Source: an uncultured Pseudomonadota bacterium
Lineage (GTDB): Bacteria > Bdellovibrionota_B > Oligoflexia > Oligoflexales > CAIYRB01
Assembly (NCBI GenBank): GCA_903928445.1
Contig: CAIYRB010000060.1
Location: 16,875-80,874 of the forward strand
DNA length: 64,000 bases
Direction of reading: 5' to 3'
Under the pieces are notes generated by a model, which saw nothing but the letters and a program-made list of their open reading frames with translations, was not told the origin of the DNA and made no database searches. This document shows positions 47,955 through 56,816 of the stretch, piece by piece. Every line of letters starts with the position of its first letter. Positions within the stretch are counted from its first letter, which is position 1. The position numbers and the translations under genes were made by a program.

Positions 47955-49661
47955 ATGCTGCCATCACGTCTAAAACTCCGCAGACCTCTGCTAGGGCTTA
48001 TCCTGGCCATGACAGGTTACGCTTGTTCGATCTCCGATAATTTATTGCCGCAGGGGCCTTCCACACCGGCGCCAGCGCCAGCAACACCTGCTAAAAAACC
48101 CGACGACACTGCCGACGAGGGCAAAACCATCCCGCTAGGAGCGCCGCAGCTGGTGCGCCGCCTGGCGCTCGACTTGACCATGCACTTGCCAAGTAGTGCC
48201 GACAGTAGCCTCGCCAGCGCCGCTTCCGCAGGTATCGTCCAAGTCGCCAGCGCCTACTTGAACGACCGCGCCAGTGCCCAGGCACTGGCCGCGTTGCACC
48301 CGCGCATGTGGCACCTAGACAGTCATGTTCTAGTCGACCTTGATCGCTTTGCCGCAGCGGGCGACAGCAGCCTTACAGCGGCCTTGACCACGGCGACGCG
48401 CCAAGCGATCGTCCAGCAACCCAGCTTGGCGGTGCGCTACGTCTTGGAACAACACCTACCCTGGCACCGGCTCTATGAAACCGCACAGGTCATCGTCCCA
48501 TCAACTCTGCTAAGCCTCTGGGGAGCCAGCGACCTCGGTGCAGCCTTTACCGGTGGGTCAGGCCGCCTGGCCACGGCCTTTGGCCAGGCCACCGCCGCGG
48601 GCCTGTTGGTTGATCCGGGCCTTCTCGCCAGCATCAACAGCGACAGCGGGATTTACCAACGCACCGGCCGGTTGTTCAAAGAATTGCTCTGCATCGCGCC
48701 AACTCTACCGTCAGTCCATAACTTTGGCGCTTTAGAAGACAGCGAGATCGCTGGCGACTTAAACGCCTTATCGCTTAGCAAAAAAGAATGCGCCGGCTGC
48801 CATGCACTTTTCGCGGGCGCGCGCCAAGCCTACAGCGGCTTCGCTAACGGTGACTCGTTCGCGGCCTGGCTCCAGCCACCGGCGGCGCTTGACACGACCA
48901 CCGGCATCTATGCGAGCACGTCGTTCCAGGGCTTGGCAGCACTCGGCACGCTGGTCGGCAGCGATGCGCGGATGCGACGCTGTGAGATTTTACGCCTGTT
49001 CGAAGAACTCTACCAACGCAGCCATACCAACGCCGACCAGACCTTGGTGGCCGTCGCTCTAGACGCTTTCGAAAGAAATGGTGAGAGCCTCACCGCGGCA
49101 GCCCGCGAATTAGTGATTGCCTCTGACTACGCGACATCGCCGATCGGTTCCAGCGTCAAGGGCCCAGGCAAGCGCGGCCGAAGCGGCGTCAAAGTTCTCG
49201 GCAGAGCGCAGTGGGAAGCGCTATTCGCAGCCGTTCTACCGCAAAATAGTTTATTGTTTACAGACGATCTCGACCCCGGTCAAAGTGAAAGCTTTACGAG
49301 CTCGGACCGAGTTCCTAGTGGAGTCTATTGGCACGCGGTCGACCGCTTGGCTAGGCAGGGGGCGACGGCCGTCGTGTCTGAGGAGCTAGCCGATTCGGCT
49401 CTGGCGACCAATCGCCACCTGCTCACCACCCTACCCGACGGCGCCGCGACGGGCGCGAGCGCGATCACCGTGGCCAAACAGATTCAGGACCTATGGCTGC
49501 GCCTAACCGGCACGCCGCTTACGGACAAAGACCAAATCTATATCGACCTACAGGCGCTATGGACCAAGATCAGCCCAGATGGCACTGCCGATTCCTCGCG
49601 CAAGGCATGGGGCCTACTCCTGACCGCCGTTTTTAGTCACCCAGCCTTGGTGACCTATTGA
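47955..49661 (+). CDS. Secreted/lipoprotein-type hypothetical protein with a single CxxCH motif (SKKECAGCHALF); possibly DUF1800-like, the usual partner of DUF1501 proteins
   Basis: Signal peptide. The position immediately upstream of and overlapping (TGA/TTG) the DUF1501-like gene mirrors the widespread DUF1800-DUF1501 pairing. The family call is from memory only. Confidence 0.45.
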   Translation: MLPSRLKLRRPLLGLILAMTGYACSISDNLLPQGPSTPAPAPATPAKKPDDTADEGKTIPLGAPQLVRRLALDLTMHLPSSADSSLASAASAGIVQVASAYLNDRASAQALAALHPRMWHLDSHVLVDLDRFAAAGDSSLTAALTTATRQAIVQQPSLAVRYVLEQHLPWHRLYETAQVIVPSTLLSLWGASDLGAAFTGGSGRLATAFGQATAAGLLVDPGLLASINSDSGIYQRTGRLFKELLCIAPTLPSVHNFGALEDSEIAGDLNALSLSKKECAGCHALFAGARQAYSGFANGDSFAAWLQPPAALDTTTGIYASTSFQGLAALGTLVGSDARMRRCEILRLFEELYQRSHTNADQTLVAVALDAFERNGESLTAAARELVIASDYATSPIGSSVKGPGKRGRSGVKVLGRAQWEALFAAVLPQNSLLFTDDLDPGQSESFTSSDRVPSGVYWHAVDRLARQGATAVVSEELADSALATNRHLLTTLPDGAATGASAITVAKQIQDLWLRLTGTPLTDKDQIYIDLQALWTKISPDGTADSSRKAWGLLLTAVFSHPALVTY

Positions 49662-49666
49662 GGACC

Positions 49667-50917
49667 ATGAATAAGCTATTTAAAATGTTCACTCGCTCGA
49701 CCAACCGACACTTGGCAGTGCTGTGTCTAGGCCTCGCTTCGAGCACCCAGGCCGTCGCCGCTGCGCCCTTTCTACTCGTCGTCTACGCCAGCGGCGGCTG
49801 GGATCCATCGATGGTGTTTGACGGCAAACCGGACGCGTCGACGGTCGACTCCGAAAGCGGGCAAAGCCAAGCGACCGGTGGTGGTGGCATCACCTACACC
49901 GACCACGCCGATCGCCCCGCGGTCCATAGCTTTTTTACCACCTACGGCGACCGCAGCGCTATCATCAATGGCTTGTTTATCGGCGGCATGGACCGCTTCA
50001 CCGCACAAAAGCAGTTGTTCACCATCGTCCCAACCAGCAAGGTGCGACGGGTCGATTGGGCGACGCTGTACGCCGACTCCAGCGGCTTTGCCGGAGACCT
50101 GCCGCACGTGGTTTTTCAAGCACCGTATGCGCCAGGCGAATATCTGGATAAAGCGACGCACCTAAGCGCAGCGACCATCGCGGAATATCAAGCCGCAGTG
50201 CCAAACAGTCTGGACTTTGGCAGCGGCGGCGAAGACGCGCTCAAGGCCATGCGCGCAGCAGCCATGGTGAAGATCATGAACAACGTGGTCGAAAGCAGCC
50301 TCGACTTTGACAAGCTCAAAGCTCTGGCCACAAGCAATGCTAACGAGGCGAAATTGACCGCTCAACTCAAGACAGCGATCACTTCCGTCGGCGACCAAGG
50401 CACAAGCGACACCTTCGCCTACCAGGCCAAGCTAGCTATAGCGCTGTTCGCGCAAGGAGCATCGATCGCCGCCACCGTTCAAGCCGGCGCCACCGGCGCC
50501 TGGGCCACCACCAAGAATCACGTCAGCGTACAATCGAGCGCCTACCAAAGCCTCTTCGCCGACCTTACGGCGATTTTAAGCTACGCCCAAAGTCGCGGGA
50601 TCAGCGACAGGCTGACGCTCGTCGTGATGAGCGACGGCGGTCGCGCGCCAAGGCTTAACGCCGATGCCGGTAAGGGTCCCTGGCCCTATACCTCCATGCT
50701 CCTATGGGGAGCAGGTATCAATGGCGGCACAGTCATCGGTCTGACCGATGGCTTCCTGCGCGGCCTGCCGGTCGATCCGATCTTTGGCGGCGCGGGCAAG
50801 CCAAGCTCGATCCTTTTGACCCCGGCCAACATCTGGGGCGCTTTGTATACCAAGGCTGGATACAGCACCACCGCGCTTCTCGGGGACACGGCGCCGCTAG
50901 CACAGGTGATTAAGTAA
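49667..50917 (+). CDS. DUF1501-like (sulfatase/alkaline-phosphatase-fold-like) secreted protein
   Basis: Signal peptide. N-terminal LLVVYASGGWDPS and C-terminal LVVMSDGGRAP/GxxxxG blocks resemble DUF1501 signatures. ATG at 49667 with a GAGGA RBS. Confidence 0.5.
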   Translation: MNKLFKMFTRSTNRHLAVLCLGLASSTQAVAAAPFLLVVYASGGWDPSMVFDGKPDASTVDSESGQSQATGGGGITYTDHADRPAVHSFFTTYGDRSAIINGLFIGGMDRFTAQKQLFTIVPTSKVRRVDWATLYADSSGFAGDLPHVVFQAPYAPGEYLDKATHLSAATIAEYQAAVPNSLDFGSGGEDALKAMRAAAMVKIMNNVVESSLDFDKLKALATSNANEAKLTAQLKTAITSVGDQGTSDTFAYQAKLAIALFAQGASIAATVQAGATGAWATTKNHVSVQSSAYQSLFADLTAILSYAQSRGISDRLTLVVMSDGGRAPRLNADAGKGPWPYTSMLLWGAGINGGTVIGLTDGFLRGLPVDPIFGGAGKPSSILLTPANIWGALYTKAGYSTTALLGDTAPLAQVIK

Positions 50918-50920
50918 ATC

Positions 50921-51406
50921 ATGCCAACACCCCGCCCAACCTACCGCTCCTTAGCTTGGACTGCTCCAGCCCGCCGGCGCATGGCGGCGAGGATCCTAGC
51001 TGTCCTCCTTTTTGCTACCTTGGCGCACTGTGGTGGCCCCAGTGGCTCGGCCTATGACGATTCCCCACCGCCGCCTCCCGAAATCCCTAACACCAAAGCT
51101 TACCCGGCCCCGTCCAATCTCACCTGCAGCACTGGTTCTGCGCTCACATATACCTCATTTGGCAGCAGTTTCTTGCTGAAGTATTGCCGTTCTTGCCACA
51201 GCTCTAGCGTCGTCGGGGCCGACCGTCGCGGCGCCACAGTCGGCGCGAATTTCGATAGCGCCGTGGACGCTCAGGTCTGGCGAAGCACCATCCTTGGGCG
51301 CATCAGCGGTGGCAAAAAAATGCCACCTGCGGGCGATATCGATGCGCCGGATCTGAAAGCGGCCAAGGACTGGCTGGGCTGCGGCGCCCCAAGCGCGCCG
51401 GAGTGA
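50921..51406 (+). CDS. Small lipoprotein with a CxxCH motif (FLLKYCRSCHSS), putative c-type heme or metal-binding domain
   Basis: Lipobox LAHCGG, a Pro-rich linker and a single CxxCH preceded by an aromatic residue, as in PSCyt-type domains. Confidence 0.45.
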   Translation: MPTPRPTYRSLAWTAPARRRMAARILAVLLFATLAHCGGPSGSAYDDSPPPPPEIPNTKAYPAPSNLTCSTGSALTYTSFGSSFLLKYCRSCHSSSVVGADRRGATVGANFDSAVDAQVWRSTILGRISGGKKMPPAGDIDAPDLKAAKDWLGCGAPSAPE

Positions 51407-51466
51407 CCAAGTGGTGCCCGGGAATCCCGTATTGACTAACGCACTCGGCTGCGATTAGTAGGATCC

Positions 51467-52621
51467 ATGCAATTTGATGTATTCCATTCCCTAGGTCGAA
51501 TCGACGATGCCGCCGAGCCGCGCACCGATCGCCAGGTCTTTGCGCAATTTTTCGCCGAAGTGGCCGCCGCCGACCGTCTTGGCTACGGCACGATGTGGGT
51601 GGCGGAGTCGCACTTTTCCAGCGAAGTGCAAAAACACGGCGCTGCGCCGGTGATCCCCCATTACCGTGGCGAGGTTGGACTCAACTGCGACTCCCTGCAG
51701 CTCGGCCAGCTGATCCTCGAACGCACCAAGCGCCTGGGCTTTGGCACTGCCATCATGAATATCGTTGGCGGCAACGGCGGCCCCATCGCCGCTGCCGACC
51801 GGGTGCGCACTCTGGCGTGGTTAAACTCGCTGCGTGATGAACCACGCCGCCTCAGCATTGGTATCGCCTCCGGCCGCTTTCCCTATATCAATCGACCTTT
51901 CGGCATCGTGCCGCGCAGTCAAATCGAAGTCGACCGTTGGCCAGAAGCTCAGGCCTTGATCTTTATCGAAGCCTTGACCATCTTTTTACGCCTGCTGAGC
52001 GGCGACACCCTCGGCAGCCAAGACCTGGACCTACGCGACCTTCGCTACGCTGACGCGACGCCCTACACGCGCCGCTGGGAGTTTGAACGGCTTAAGTTGG
52101 TGCCAGAGATGAGCCCGGCTGAATGGACCCGCTGCCTGCGCATCGTCCTCGGTTCGGCAAGCCCACAGGCCCTTGCGACCGGCTTCAAATGGGCCGATGT
52201 GGATGTCTTCAACCTCTCTTTTACGCCACCCGCCGCCATCGAAAAGCTGCATGTAGACCTGGCCTCTCGCTGCACGGCGCCGCGCCTACCATGGCATCGC
52301 TCGCGTTTACCCCGCACCGTAATGGTCTTCATCGACCGCGACCCAGGCGTCGCCGAGGCGCGTGCCTCCGCCTGCTTTGACACCTATATCGAAGCGATGC
52401 GCGGTACTGCCCAAGTTCCAGACAAAGGGGTGTTGATGCAGCGAGCCTTGATCGGCACCGCCGCCGATATCCGCGCCCAGTTAGCACCGGGCGCACGTCA
52501 CGGCTTTCACCCGGACGACCGCTTGATGCTCTGGTTTGAATTCAATCAAACCAACGGCAGCCAGATCCTCGACCAAATGGAACGCTTTTCCGACCAGGTC
52601 CTACCCTACGTCACCGTTTGA
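51467..52621 (+). CDS. LLM-class (luciferase-like) flavin-dependent oxidoreductase
   Basis: N-terminal MQFDVFHS...LGYGTMWVAESHF TIM-barrel signature of the bacterial luciferase family. Confidence 0.7.
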   Translation: MQFDVFHSLGRIDDAAEPRTDRQVFAQFFAEVAAADRLGYGTMWVAESHFSSEVQKHGAAPVIPHYRGEVGLNCDSLQLGQLILERTKRLGFGTAIMNIVGGNGGPIAAADRVRTLAWLNSLRDEPRRLSIGIASGRFPYINRPFGIVPRSQIEVDRWPEAQALIFIEALTIFLRLLSGDTLGSQDLDLRDLRYADATPYTRRWEFERLKLVPEMSPAEWTRCLRIVLGSASPQALATGFKWADVDVFNLSFTPPAAIEKLHVDLASRCTAPRLPWHRSRLPRTVMVFIDRDPGVAEARASACFDTYIEAMRGTAQVPDKGVLMQRALIGTAADIRAQLAPGARHGFHPDDRLMLWFEFNQTNGSQILDQMERFSDQVLPYVTV

Positions 52622-52627
52622 GGCTTT

Positions 52628-53644
52628 ATGGCGTTACGCACCGATATTCCGACCCTCGTCGCCAACCTGAGCCCGCTGTTCGCTCTGGCCAGAAAAGGCA
52701 TCGCCGAAGTCGTCATCAGCGGTGTCAGCTACTACAAAGCCGAGGGCCAAAAACGTATCCTCGGCAGCGACCCCGCGGTCATGCTCATCGCTCGCTCACT
52801 GCTCAAACCATGGCAGTTTCTCGCCGCCGACGTCGCCGGTAGCGAGCCGTTTTGGGCGCTTGGGCTTGCTTCGCATTCCGGTCAGCCACACCACATGGAG
52901 CAGCTCCAACTGCTTGGCGCCGTAGCCGGTGCCGGCGAAAACGAGATCGTCTGCCCGCGCTGCTTTCCACTCGACGCCGGCATCAATTCCATGATGCGCA
53001 ATGCCAAAATGCAGCCGTCGCGCCTCCACCATCCGTGTTCCGGCAAGCACCTGACTGCCCTTGCCGCCTGCCGGCATTTTGGCTATCCGCTGGAACGCTA
53101 CTGGGAGACAGACCATCCCCTGCAAAAGCGCTTCGCCAACCTCATCGGCCAACTGGTCGGCGAGCGCCCGGTGTGGATGACCGATAGCTGCGGTCTGCCG
53201 ACGCTCGCCATCAGCGCCAAGGCCCATCTCAATCTTTGGGAGCGGCTGCTGCTAAGCGAAGACCCGCACTACCAACACCTAAAAAATCTGTGGCTACACA
53301 ACATCCGCTTAGTCGGAGGCTACGGCCGGCTCGAATCCGAACTGATGGAAGCCACAGGCGGCAAGGTGCTAGCTAAGGAGGGCGCCGACGGCCTGTTGGT
53401 TGTCGCCGCTTTTCCAACCGCCAGCGAAGCAGCCGCGGTGTGCTTAATAAAACTGGCCTCTGGCTACAGCGCCACCTACCTGGCCCTAGCCCTCTGGGGC
53501 GTCCTTAAGCGTACTCCTGAACTTGGCTCATCCATGCAGCTGGTCGCCGATTATCTCAGCTCACGCCTCGAGACCTGGGTACCCGGCGATCAAGAGCTGA
53601 TCTTACCGCCTTTTGCTCCGCCGTCTGCCGAGGTCGCGCAGTGA
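52628..53644 (+). CDS. Asparaginase-family protein (Asparaginase_II / PF06089-like)
   Basis: SHSGQPHH, CSGKH, DSCGLPT and KEGADG blocks resemble the L-asparaginase II (Rhizobium-type) family. Confidence 0.6.
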   Translation: MALRTDIPTLVANLSPLFALARKGIAEVVISGVSYYKAEGQKRILGSDPAVMLIARSLLKPWQFLAADVAGSEPFWALGLASHSGQPHHMEQLQLLGAVAGAGENEIVCPRCFPLDAGINSMMRNAKMQPSRLHHPCSGKHLTALAACRHFGYPLERYWETDHPLQKRFANLIGQLVGERPVWMTDSCGLPTLAISAKAHLNLWERLLLSEDPHYQHLKNLWLHNIRLVGGYGRLESELMEATGGKVLAKEGADGLLVVAAFPTASEAAAVCLIKLASGYSATYLALALWGVLKRTPELGSSMQLVADYLSSRLETWVPGDQELILPPFAPPSAEVAQ

Positions 53645-54609
53645 AGACCCATGATTTAACCGTCGACGCTGATCATAGCGGTAAACGCCTTGACGTTTTT
53701 CTCTCGGAGTCGGGACTGGACCTTTCCAAACGCAAGATTCGCCAGGTGATCGACGTCGGAGGCGTCTACGTCAATCGCAAGCGGGTGCGCGTCGCCTCGC
53801 GCCAGGTCACCAGGGGCGATAAGGTCCGTTTTGAATACAACGAAAACGCCCTGAGACAATTAAAAACGCAGCGTCCCGAGTTCAAGTCCGACGACCTGCT
53901 GTGGCGAGGCGAGCACGTCATCGCCGTCAATAAGCCACCAGGAATGGCCGCACAAGCGACCAAAGACCAATCGATCATGCACGTCGTGCCGTGCCTGGCG
54001 GCTCTGTTAAAAACACTAAAGACGCCGCACCAAAAACTAGTCCTAGTTCACCGCTTGGACAAAGAAACCTCCGGCGTCTTGTTGGTGGCCGAAGGCACTC
54101 CGCGCGCCACCTGGCTCACCGAGCAATTTAAACAGCGCTTAGTTGAAAAGACCTATCTCGCCCTATGCCACGGCATTCCTAAACAAATGGAATTTACAGA
54201 AAACGCCTACCTTTCCGAAATCGACAAGCGCACCGGAGACGTTCGTGCCGTCCGCGCCGGTGGACGCCAGGCGATGACCCGGTTCAAAGTCTTGGCCATG
54301 CATAAGGAGCTGGGCGTGTCCTTGATCGCCTGCTATCCGCACACCGGCCGTAGTCACCAAATTCGCGTCCACCTTCAGATCAACGATCTGCCGATCATCG
54401 GTGACAAGCGCTATAATACACCTGGAAGCAAGCCGCTACCTCCGGCCTTGGCCGAGCTGGGCGCGGTGCATCACTTCCTGCATGCGCGCGAACTCGCCTT
54501 TACGCCGGCGCCAGGGGCGGCGCGTCAGGTGGTAAAGGCGCCGCTGCCGCAGCGCTTTGGCGCTTTTATGGACGCCGTAGGCTTTCATGCGACGAGTGGC
54601 CAGGCCTAA
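53641..54609 (+). CDS. RluA-family 23S rRNA pseudouridine synthase (RluC/RluD-like) with an N-terminal S4 domain
   Basis: HRLDKETSGVLLVA catalytic Asp motif. GTG start overlaps the previous stop. Confidence 0.88.
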   Translation: MKTHDLTVDADHSGKRLDVFLSESGLDLSKRKIRQVIDVGGVYVNRKRVRVASRQVTRGDKVRFEYNENALRQLKTQRPEFKSDDLLWRGEHVIAVNKPPGMAAQATKDQSIMHVVPCLAALLKTLKTPHQKLVLVHRLDKETSGVLLVAEGTPRATWLTEQFKQRLVEKTYLALCHGIPKQMEFTENAYLSEIDKRTGDVRAVRAGGRQAMTRFKVLAMHKELGVSLIACYPHTGRSHQIRVHLQINDLPIIGDKRYNTPGSKPLPPALAELGAVHHFLHARELAFTPAPGAARQVVKAPLPQRFGAFMDAVGFHATSGQA

Positions 54610-54791
54610 CACCGCTCTGCTGAAGCTAGTTAAACGAGCGCCTTGCGACAAGTTTCCGGACTTGGCGGTCTGCTCGCAGTAAGCCCAAGACACAGAAAGC
54701 TTAGCGTTCCGGGCGCGGGATCTTTGATCAACGAGAAGATGGTTTTCGATCACGAGGCGACTGCGTTCGACATCTCCCCAGCTGGTTGGAT

Positions 54792-56150
54792 TTATCCAAT
54801 GGCTGAGTCTTCTTCGGGCAGCGGTGGAGCCCCTAGCGAGCGAAGGCGCTTGTCGATGAGCATTTTCAATTGGTCGACTTTGCCCTGGGGCACGACGGAC
54901 TGGCGCATGAGCGCAACGATGTCTGCGCCTCGCTTGGCTACCCGACCGAGTACCTCGTCGACGCGTTGCGCTTTCACTCCCGAGTCTTCGGCTTCCTGTT
55001 TCAAGTCTACCACCAGAATATTTCTCTTCTTATGGTTGATGAAGAGGGCGGAAGCGTTGGCGCTCGGTTTCCCAAGGAACTGATTTGGTAAGATATCGTA
55101 GGCCGGGGACAGCGTGTAGAAGGGAGTGCGGCCATCACCTGACGTGCCGATGATAGCGTGGTTCTTTAGGTGAGCGTCGCTGTTTCCAAAAACCAAGTTC
55201 AGGACTGTCAGTTCGATCAACCGTTCGAGGTCACGAGCTCGTGTTCTAGGAGAAGCATACGTCTTTATGGTTTTTGCTATGTCAGAAACTCGGCCCTCGA
55301 ACTTCTCGTTACCTAGACTGGATTTTTGGTGCAACTGGGCGAAGTCCTCGAAGTGGAGCTTCTCGCCGCCGCGTACGCGGTCGAAACGGCGGGTTAGGTA
55401 GGCCAGCTCGCCACTCTCAATCTCGACCAGTCCGGACGCGGCAGTCTGCACCCCCAGCAGGGTGAACAGCTTCATCCAGAGCTGCTCGATTTCCGGCACC
55501 GCCTGAACACCTTGTACTTGAGGCTTTAGGATGAAGTGAAAGTCGGCCTCTGGATAGTAGACTGGGAGCTTGGGTTGAACTCCGGGAATAGCGATGCCGC
55601 TGGAAATGGAGTCAATCGCCAGGCGCTCAAAGTCTTGCGGACCGAAGGGGAACAGCGGGGGCTCTTCAGTGCCAAAGAAGGACAGTGAACAGGCTTCATG
55701 ATAGCTTCGATTATGTCCCTTGCTTGGCAGCCGCTGCAGGCAAAGTAGGCAGCGGTCGCGCCGCCTAAGTCTCGCCGCGAAGCCGGTCCGGGTAACGGTT
55801 GTCGGTCGCATCTCGGCAGGACGGAGGGCGTCTTCGGCGGCTATTTCTACATCACCGATGGAGTGCGAGCATTTTTTGACGAGGTAGTCGATGACGCCGG
55901 CCGGAGCTTCCGTGTCGGTGCCAACGCCTTCGGCCAGGCGCCGTAGCCAGCCTTCGTACATCAGACCTTCGAAGAATGGATGGACCCTGCCTACGCTCTT
56001 ATAGTCCTTGGTGGTTGCTGGCATGAGCAAGCTCAGCGGAGGCGCCGCTGCAGGATAAGTTGGTTCGTATGCAAAGACGTAATCGGAGTCTCGCCTTTCC
56101 AGGACTCCGGCGTAAACTCCTGCCACGAAGATTTTTGCTCGCTCAGCCAC
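54792..56150 (-). CDS. hipA: HipA-family Ser/Thr kinase toxin (type II TA), full length with N-terminal HipA_N domain
   Basis: GVQPKL P-loop-like motif, GNSDAHLKNHAI catalytic motif and SPAYDILP. GTG start overlaps the upstream HTH gene by 8 nt. Contains a C-x2-C...H...C insertion (CLLCLQRLPSKGHNRSYHEAC). Confidence 0.88.
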   Translation of the reverse strand: MAERAKIFVAGVYAGVLERRDSDYVFAYEPTYPAAAPPLSLLMPATTKDYKSVGRVHPFFEGLMYEGWLRRLAEGVGTDTEAPAGVIDYLVKKCSHSIGDVEIAAEDALRPAEMRPTTVTRTGFAARLRRRDRCLLCLQRLPSKGHNRSYHEACSLSFFGTEEPPLFPFGPQDFERLAIDSISSGIAIPGVQPKLPVYYPEADFHFILKPQVQGVQAVPEIEQLWMKLFTLLGVQTAASGLVEIESGELAYLTRRFDRVRGGEKLHFEDFAQLHQKSSLGNEKFEGRVSDIAKTIKTYASPRTRARDLERLIELTVLNLVFGNSDAHLKNHAIIGTSGDGRTPFYTLSPAYDILPNQFLGKPSANASALFINHKKRNILVVDLKQEAEDSGVKAQRVDEVLGRVAKRGADIVALMRQSVVPQGKVDQLKMLIDKRLRSLGAPPLPEEDSAIG

Positions 56151-56469
56151 GGTTCGTCTCCTGGGACCCGCGGCGCCTAGGCACGATGGTCAGCTCACTA
56201 TCAAGATACGAGACGATTTTCATGACGGTCACAAGGTTTACGCGCATGTCGCCTTGCTCAATTTTCCTAAGGGAGTTGAGGCTGACCCCGGCATCGCGAG
56301 CCAGCTCTGCTTGCGTCATTCCGGCGGTAACCCGGGCCTCGGCCAAGGCACGGGCCACGGCTGACAGGCCTTCCTTTTTCCGATGCCGAGCCTTGATAGG
56401 AGGCAGGAGCGCGCTGACCGCCGCATCGAGGGGCGAGGAGCTTGCTTTGGGGGGCTTAGTCCTGGGCAT
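56143..56469 (-). CDS. hipB: XRE-family helix-turn-helix antitoxin (HipB-like)
   Basis: HTH TQAELARDAGVSLNSLRKIEQG. It lies immediately upstream of and overlapping hipA. Confidence 0.8.
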   Translation of the reverse strand: MPRTKPPKASSSPLDAAVSALLPPIKARHRKKEGLSAVARALAEARVTAGMTQAELARDAGVSLNSLRKIEQGDMRVNLVTVMKIVSYLDSELTIVPRRRGSQETNRG

Positions 56470-56559
56470 GGCGGCGGTTTTTCCAATTTTGCAATTTTTT
56501 AAGGCTATGATCTATCTTCGGATGTCATTACCTACTACTTGAATATATTATATCGAAAT

Positions 56560-56625
56560 AAATGCAATAGCGTGACCAAGTAACTTATTATATTTAAAAA
56601 TGGGCAATAGATCGTGACCAAGTGG
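56560..56625. promoter_or_regulatory. AT-rich promoter/operator region of hipBA with two direct repeats GCAATAG(AT)CGTGACCAAGT
   Basis: Repeats at 56564-56581 and 56605-56624. Local GC is ~35% against ~60% for the genome. Confidence 0.3.
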
Positions 56626-56816
56626 CTGCCCCCTAGTCCCACTCGTGAGGTGAGGTAGTCGTCTCGGTGGGTTAGCGGAAGTGACTGACCCGAATGGCGT
56701 CGATGCCTCGCTCGTTGTGGCGCCGGCCGCATCGTAGTCAAGAACAGATAAGGATTGTGCTAGGATCAATCATCAACAAACACGTTAAGACGATTTTGTA
56801 ACGGGATCAATCACCG

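Noticed and set aside
54786-54799. TTGGAT-TT-ATCCAA palindrome at the hipA 3' end, reminiscent of inverted HipB operator half-sites
   Set aside because: It is located at the stop codon of hipA, not in the promoter, and the half-site orientation is reversed relative to TATCC...GGATA. Probably coincidence.
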